Source: a virus (lineage: Duplodnaviria; Heunggongvirae; Uroviricota; Caudoviricetes). From it: a stretch of DNA of 12,626 nt. The DNA is taken from IMG/VR virus record IMGVR_UViG_2695420456_000020; one strand, given 5' to 3'. Of the stretch, positions 8,421-12,626 are shown in pieces; position 1 is the stretch's first letter, and every line of letters begins with the position of its first letter. The notes beneath the pieces were generated by a model. It did no database searches, was not told the DNA's origin, and saw only the letters and a program-made list of their open reading frames with translations. The position numbers and the translations under genes are program-made.

Positions 8421-8561
8421 GATTACTCCTTGTTGAGGTTGATGTGAAACGATTGATTGTATACGCACTCTTTTGTTAGCTAGTAGCTTTGCTTAATCGC
8501 AAGATAAAGTTTCTGATTAATCCCTAAAAATCAAAAAATAAAGTTAAAACAGGTACATGAT

Positions 8562-8765
8562 ATGGAATGGATCATAGGATTTGTTGTTCTTATCTTCATA
8601 GCCAGTATGTTTAAACCAAGAAGTTGCGATATCTGTGGTGCTGGATTTAAGAAAAAGTACTTCACATGGACTATCGATGGAAAGAAACAGCATCTTTGTC
8701 CGTACTGCAACAGTAAAATGGAGAGACGCAACAGCGATAGGCGCTTTAAGGATCGATTTGGTTAA
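8562..8765 (+). CDS. Small membrane-anchored zinc-ribbon protein (67 aa), function unknown
   Basis: N-terminal hydrophobic helix (EWIIGFVVLIFIASMF) followed by CDIC...CPYC (two CxxC pairs 21 residues apart). AT-rich with rare codons (ata, aga, agg, cga). Followed by a terminator. An antisense ORF (8544-8792) has no comparable features. Confidence 0.55.
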   Translation: MEWIIGFVVLIFIASMFKPRSCDICGAGFKKKYFTWTIDGKKQHLCPYCNSKMERRNSDRRFKDRFG

Positions 8766-8780
8766 CCATTTTATCTCCAA

Positions 8781-8814
8781 CAAAAAACCCACCTGACGGT
8801 GGGTTTCATTTCTT
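8781..8814. terminator. Bidirectional rho-independent terminator between the convergent zinc-ribbon and lipoprotein genes
   Basis: Stem cccacc (8788-8793) / ggtggg (8798-8803), loop tgac, flanked by AAAAAA (8782-8787) and TTTCATTTCTT (8804-8814), so a T-tract follows the hairpin on either strand. Confidence 0.75.
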
Positions 8815-9232
8815 AATCTTGCTTTGTAGACGGTATAAGGGATGCGTTTGCCTCTTTTGGCTTCAAGGTATACATCCCACCATTAAATGGATCAACAGCA
8901 AGCCAACCAATTAACCCACCAAACACAAGGTTTCCACCAATATACCAACCATTAGCATTGGCTTTGATTGGCAGGGTAACTGGTTCGTACCCATCCTTTT
9001 CCATAGTGATCTGGTAACTCTTTTTGCCAAAATAACTACCATCTGACTTGGCAAGAGTTACTCCTTGTGGGGTCTTACCTTGCGCAACAATCACGCCTGA
9101 TTCGTCTTTTACCTTAAAGCTCGCACCGGAAGGATTGCTGTTCACTTGCACAAGCTGTGTTTCGTCACCAACAATAGTTGCGCACCCAGATAACATGATA
9201 GCGCCAGCAACGACGCCAATAATCCTCTTCAT
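8813..9232 (-). CDS. PEGA-domain lipoprotein (139 aa)
   Basis: MKRIIGVVAGAIMLSGC signal peptide with lipobox LSGC (Ala at +2). PEGA-like motif VQVNSNPSGASFKVKDESGVIVAQGKTPQGVTLAKSDG ... MEKDGYEPV. Start taken at ATG 9230-9232 (weak GGAA SD); the track ORF begins 4 codons upstream. A candidate sigma70 promoter (TTCACA-17-TAGGAT, minus strand, 9263-9291) precedes it. Confidence 0.72.
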   Translation of the reverse strand: MKRIIGVVAGAIMLSGCATIVGDETQLVQVNSNPSGASFKVKDESGVIVAQGKTPQGVTLAKSDGSYFGKKSYQITMEKDGYEPVTLPIKANANGWYIGGNLVFGGLIGWLAVDPFNGGMYTLKPKEANASLIPSTKQD

Positions 9233-9327
9233 ATCAATTTCCATATCTAAAAAACCGGAAACATCCTAATGACAAACTATTCAAATGTGAAGCACGAGAT
9301 AAGATCAATCCATCCGTGGACGACTAA

Positions 9328-11496
9328 TTACTCCTGTGTCATTCCGCTTAGCGATGCCACAATCCCAGCCCTCGACAAACGCTGGAACTCTTCGTTTCCT
9401 AGTGCATCGCGAATTGCTTTTACGGCGGCCTTATTTGCCATAAATCTGCGTTCCGCCGCCGCTAATGCGCCATCACTTGCCCCAACCTTAACTGCCTTTG
9501 TTGCCTCTTGAACAGCCTTTTCAATAGCGTAACGACCACTTCTGGTTGCGGATAATTTCGCTATCGATCCTTTTGCTATCGCATCAATTGCTCCACCAGC
9601 AGCGCCACCCACTATTGCTCCAATAACACCTCCTCCAGAGAACCCTGCGATAGCGCCAGCGGTTGGAAAAGCGCCAGACAATACGCTCTCTAAAACTGGA
9701 TGAAGGCCATTCTCAAGAGTGCTAATGGCTGGCATAGAGCGCCCTGTTTGTTCAACATATCGAAGTGGCTTTGTTGCAGCTCTTGCAAGTTCTCCGTATG
9801 AACTTGTAATCCTGCCAAGTTCTGGAGAATATCGACTAATTGCCTTCACGTTTTGTGGGGTAAGAATAGTCGCGATATGCTTAATTCCAGCTCCTTCAGA
9901 CTTACCTCCGCGTACCCCTTGCGATACCGCATCTTGTAATATTGATGCAATTGCTGGCGCGCGTTCCGATTCAGGTAGGGCGCTTATTATTTTATGGAAC
10001 TGACCTGTTCCACTTTTTGCTGAACCCTGTAACGCCTTAGATCCATTAGTTACCAACTGATCAGTTGCAAGGTCTCTACCAAACGCTGCTTCAGCCTGTT
10101 CTTGTGCTGTAAATCTTGCCTTTGACAGATCATTAGCTTTTTGCCAGTCATCAAGAAAACCGCCATTTTGAGCCATTATGCGCATATCTTCCGTTGCTGC
10201 ATCACGAAGCTCAGCCATGCGCCTTGCCGTATTTGCCTCACCAGACCTTATATACTTCTGCTCTGCGTCAGCAAGTTTACTTCGCCATGCCTTCATGGCA
10301 TCAAACGTGATTCCTTTTTTACCAGTTTTAGCATAAGCAGATGCGAATTGTTTCATCTCAGGAGTTAGCGGCATGCCAGCCAAAATATCACCCTGAATTG
10401 TAGCGTTCAGGTTTGACATTCTGGCCTTTGCGTCAGGCATCGTGGAGCGGACGCTATCCCATGCGGCCTTTTCTGAATTTTTCATTTTATCAATACTTGC
10501 CAAAACCCTTTGTTTTATGGCTGCACTTTTTTCTGATGCAGTTCCTGCTTCAGCCCCAAACTCATCCAATGCTGAGTTAAATTTCGACTCTATTTCACTG
10601 AATGCTTTGGTGTGTGCATCCTGTGTAATTCCGGGCTTTGACGCCAGAATCCCCTCCGCCTGAGCAAGACCACGACTACCTGATCTCATGCCAGGAGTTA
10701 ATGCGTTGATATCTATTCCAGCAGTATCTGCTGCTTTTGCTATTTCGTCTGACACATTAGCTGACTGTCTGGCAATAATCTCTCTTCCTGTACCAGACTT
10801 TGCCATTTTCGAAACATCAGCAGCGGAATTTATTGCCCCGCCACCAAGAACTTGAGGTGATTTAGAGGTTAAGATCCTTCCAGCCCCAGAAAGTATCCCC
10901 TGAGCACCAATATTGATACCACCATTAATGGCAGCATTTTGTGCAAAATCGCCCTCCTGATTTGCAGCATCAGCAAGAGAACCTGCAATCATGTTTCCTG
11001 CGGAACCGATGTCTCCTGCGAGCTTTGCTGTCGCTCCAGCAGCTTTTGCCGCTGTGCCAATTGGCAGGAGATACCCCCCAAATGTTTCACCGGCTTGCGC
11101 CCAAGGGTCTGTCGGTCGATCGACAGGGCGATAAACATCATCCAAAACCTTGGGGCCACCAAGCCCCTGGCTGATTGCATTAATCAGACTTGCGCCACCC
11201 TGCAATACGTCAAATGGTATATTTACCAGACCACGACCAGCCTGTTCTGCAATTTGCCCTGCACTTTGACCACCTGTGAGCCAATCACCAGCTTGTTGCA
11301 TCAATGATGGTTCTTCTTTCTGCTGCTGAGGCGGAGGGTATGCTGCATAAAACTGATCTCTTGCTTCAGCCCATTTGTCACCAGCCTTAGGGGCAACAAC
11401 CTCATCAAAATATTGCGCTTGAGCCTGTGCTTTCTGTTCTTCAGTTAACGCCTGATACTGTGGAGAGGCGATAACATCTTTCCATGCTTTAGCCAT
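9328..11496 (-). CDS. Putative DNA-ejection (internal virion) protein, 722 aa, Ala/Gly/Gln-rich; P22 gp16-position
   Basis: Long ORF whose start overlaps the upstream stop (TAATG at 11494-11498). Composition is low-complexity A/G/Q/E/K-rich with a glycine-zipper segment ([31 protein letters not shown]). Function inferred from position relative to immI/tailspike; no direct homology recalled. Confidence 0.65.
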   Translation of the reverse strand: MAKAWKDVIASPQYQALTEEQKAQAQAQYFDEVVAPKAGDKWAEARDQFYAAYPPPQQQKEEPSLMQQAGDWLTGGQSAGQIAEQAGRGLVNIPFDVLQGGASLINAISQGLGGPKVLDDVYRPVDRPTDPWAQAGETFGGYLLPIGTAAKAAGATAKLAGDIGSAGNMIAGSLADAANQEGDFAQNAAINGGINIGAQGILSGAGRILTSKSPQVLGGGAINSAADVSKMAKSGTGREIIARQSANVSDEIAKAADTAGIDINALTPGMRSGSRGLAQAEGILASKPGITQDAHTKAFSEIESKFNSALDEFGAEAGTASEKSAAIKQRVLASIDKMKNSEKAAWDSVRSTMPDAKARMSNLNATIQGDILAGMPLTPEMKQFASAYAKTGKKGITFDAMKAWRSKLADAEQKYIRSGEANTARRMAELRDAATEDMRIMAQNGGFLDDWQKANDLSKARFTAQEQAEAAFGRDLATDQLVTNGSKALQGSAKSGTGQFHKIISALPESERAPAIASILQDAVSQGVRGGKSEGAGIKHIATILTPQNVKAISRYSPELGRITSSYGELARAATKPLRYVEQTGRSMPAISTLENGLHPVLESVLSGAFPTAGAIAGFSGGGVIGAIVGGAAGGAIDAIAKGSIAKLSATRSGRYAIEKAVQEATKAVKVGASDGALAAAERRFMANKAAVKAIRDALGNEEFQRLSRAGIVASLSGMTQE

Positions 11497-12479
11497 TAAT
11501 CACCCCATAAAGACGAGAAACCGGACTCATTGCTGTCGCTTCCTGATTTTCGCTCACTAACATATGTGTCATAACCTGATGAACTATATCCCATTGATTC
11601 AGCCTCCCTTGCTGCAACCTTTTGAAATACATAATATTGCGATCGGATTTCAGATAACTGTTTTCTGACGACCTCTTCAGGCTGTGTTATATCGAGTTTC
11701 GCGATCAGGTTTTCCAGTTTTTGTCCTTCAGCATTGGAGAGACTACCCATACCTCGCATAGTCTGCACGTTCTGGACAAACGCACCAGACTTTAATTCTT
11801 CTATCGCATTACGGTTTGCAATCCCTTCAGCACTTGTGAAGCCATCTATATTTCTTCCTTCGAAGCGACCGATACCTTCAAGCTCCTTCTTACCAAGCAA
11901 AGAATCAATTTTCTCTATCCCTCGCTCACCAGTAATCAACGCATTGTTGTAATTATTGTTGCCATCAAGCCATCTCTTAGCCTGAGACATTCTGGCTGAC
12001 GTTGCAGCTTTACCGGTTAGAGGATCAATTCCTGTCGCTGCTATCTGTGAGTTAAGAGACAAAACATCCATATCCTGAAGTTGTCCTGCTCTTTCAATGG
12101 CCGCCTGTGACTGCTTAAACACATACTTGTCGTGATTCAGTCTTGCCATTTGAGCCTTATAGGAAAGATCCTGCCCCCTAATAGCCCTCGCATTCGTCAT
12201 GTCATTATTGCGAATGGTTTCGTTAATTCTTTGCTGCTCCTGCTGGCGACCAACCATCTTATCCTGAACAGCAAACGCCTTTTCTGGCCCAAGCGCACCG
12301 AGAGACATAGTAGTCAGCATGTGTGATAGCTGCTCTGGATTCTGGATACCTGTCTGAATCATCCAGTCAGCATTCGCACCCACACGATTTAACCTGTCCT
12401 TGTTGTCAGTAATGAATTTACTGTAGGCTTCCGGCCCCTGAGAAAGAGCGACGTTAGCCCTCATGGCTAAATCGCCCAT
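11496..12479 (-). CDS. Putative DNA-ejection protein, 327 aa; P22 gp20-position
   Basis: ORF tightly coupled to the downstream 722-aa gene; Q/N/R-rich, coiled-coil-like. ATG at 12477-12479 has no clear SD (alternative ATG at 12462-12464). An in-frame stop at 12552-12554 excludes a longer N-terminus. Confidence 0.6.
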   Translation of the reverse strand: MGDLAMRANVALSQGPEAYSKFITDNKDRLNRVGANADWMIQTGIQNPEQLSHMLTTMSLGALGPEKAFAVQDKMVGRQQEQQRINETIRNNDMTNARAIRGQDLSYKAQMARLNHDKYVFKQSQAAIERAGQLQDMDVLSLNSQIAATGIDPLTGKAATSARMSQAKRWLDGNNNYNNALITGERGIEKIDSLLGKKELEGIGRFEGRNIDGFTSAEGIANRNAIEELKSGAFVQNVQTMRGMGSLSNAEGQKLENLIAKLDITQPEEVVRKQLSEIRSQYYVFQKVAAREAESMGYSSSGYDTYVSERKSGSDSNESGFSSLWGD

Positions 12480-12563
12480 ATCGTTGCGTTGCTGATCATT
12501 AAGACCGGAAAACGCCTGTTGTGAACCGCCCCGGGTTTCCTGGAGAGTGTTTTATCTGTGAAC

Positions 12564-12626
12564 TCAGGCTGCCAGATCATCGTTTCCGATGGAAGCATAA
12601 TAAGCTTTTTCTGCTTCTGCCGGAGG
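12564..12626 (-). CDS. 3' end (20 codons, ...PPAEAEKAYYASIGNDDLAA) of an upstream virion/ejection gene running off the window
   Basis: Minus-strand frame open from the window edge to TGA at 12564-12566, with E. coli-like codon usage. A second frame is also open to 12467, so frame assignment is uncertain. Confidence 0.3.
   Translation of the reverse strand, partial: PPAEAEKAYYASIGNDDLAA

Larger units (their letters stand above)
2883..12626. mobile_element. P22-like prophage, right (tailspike-proximal) end; extends beyond the window
   Basis: Gene order on the minus strand (ejection proteins, accessory genes, mnt, arc, ant, tailspike, end) mirrors the 16 / sieA / mnt / arc / ant / 9 / att end of P22. 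Arc, Mnt and Ant translations and both operators match P22 as recalled. Left boundary is placed where sbcB homology is lost. Confidence 0.85.

Noticed and set aside
9048-11307. Multiple ORFs of 63-122 aa inside or antisense to the 722-aa ejection-protein gene and the lipoprotein gene (9048-9269, 9269-9511, 9719-10003, 10141-10368, 10442-10663, 10939-11307, 10941-11174, 10989-11180)
   Set aside because: They are embedded in a long continuous minus-strand ORF with consistent composition; the alternatives are Cys/Arg/Pro-rich, as expected for off-frame translation.

Overview
The window spans a host/prophage boundary in an Escherichia-type chromosome. The left ~2.9 kb is core genome: yeeA (partial), sbmC/gyrI with its LexA box, dacD, and only the first 16 codons of sbcB. 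At about 2882/2883 sbcB is interrupted by the right end of a P22-like prophage, which runs to the window edge. Read on the minus strand, the prophage carries ejection-protein genes (one partial, then 327 aa and 722 aa), an accessory cluster of small independently transcribed genes (PEGA lipoprotein, TM zinc-ribbon protein, coiled-coil protein), a ClpP-fold serine peptidase gene translationally coupled to mnt, a P22-type immI module (mnt, Pmnt/Pant with Omnt and Oarc, arc, candidate sar, ant) and a chimeric tailspike. No tRNA, rRNA or CRISPR array was seen. The most unusual items are the ClpP-fold peptidase fused into the Mnt repressor operon and the accessory cluster sitting where P22 carries sieA. 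All homology calls are from reading the translations and from memory of the protein families; no database search was run.
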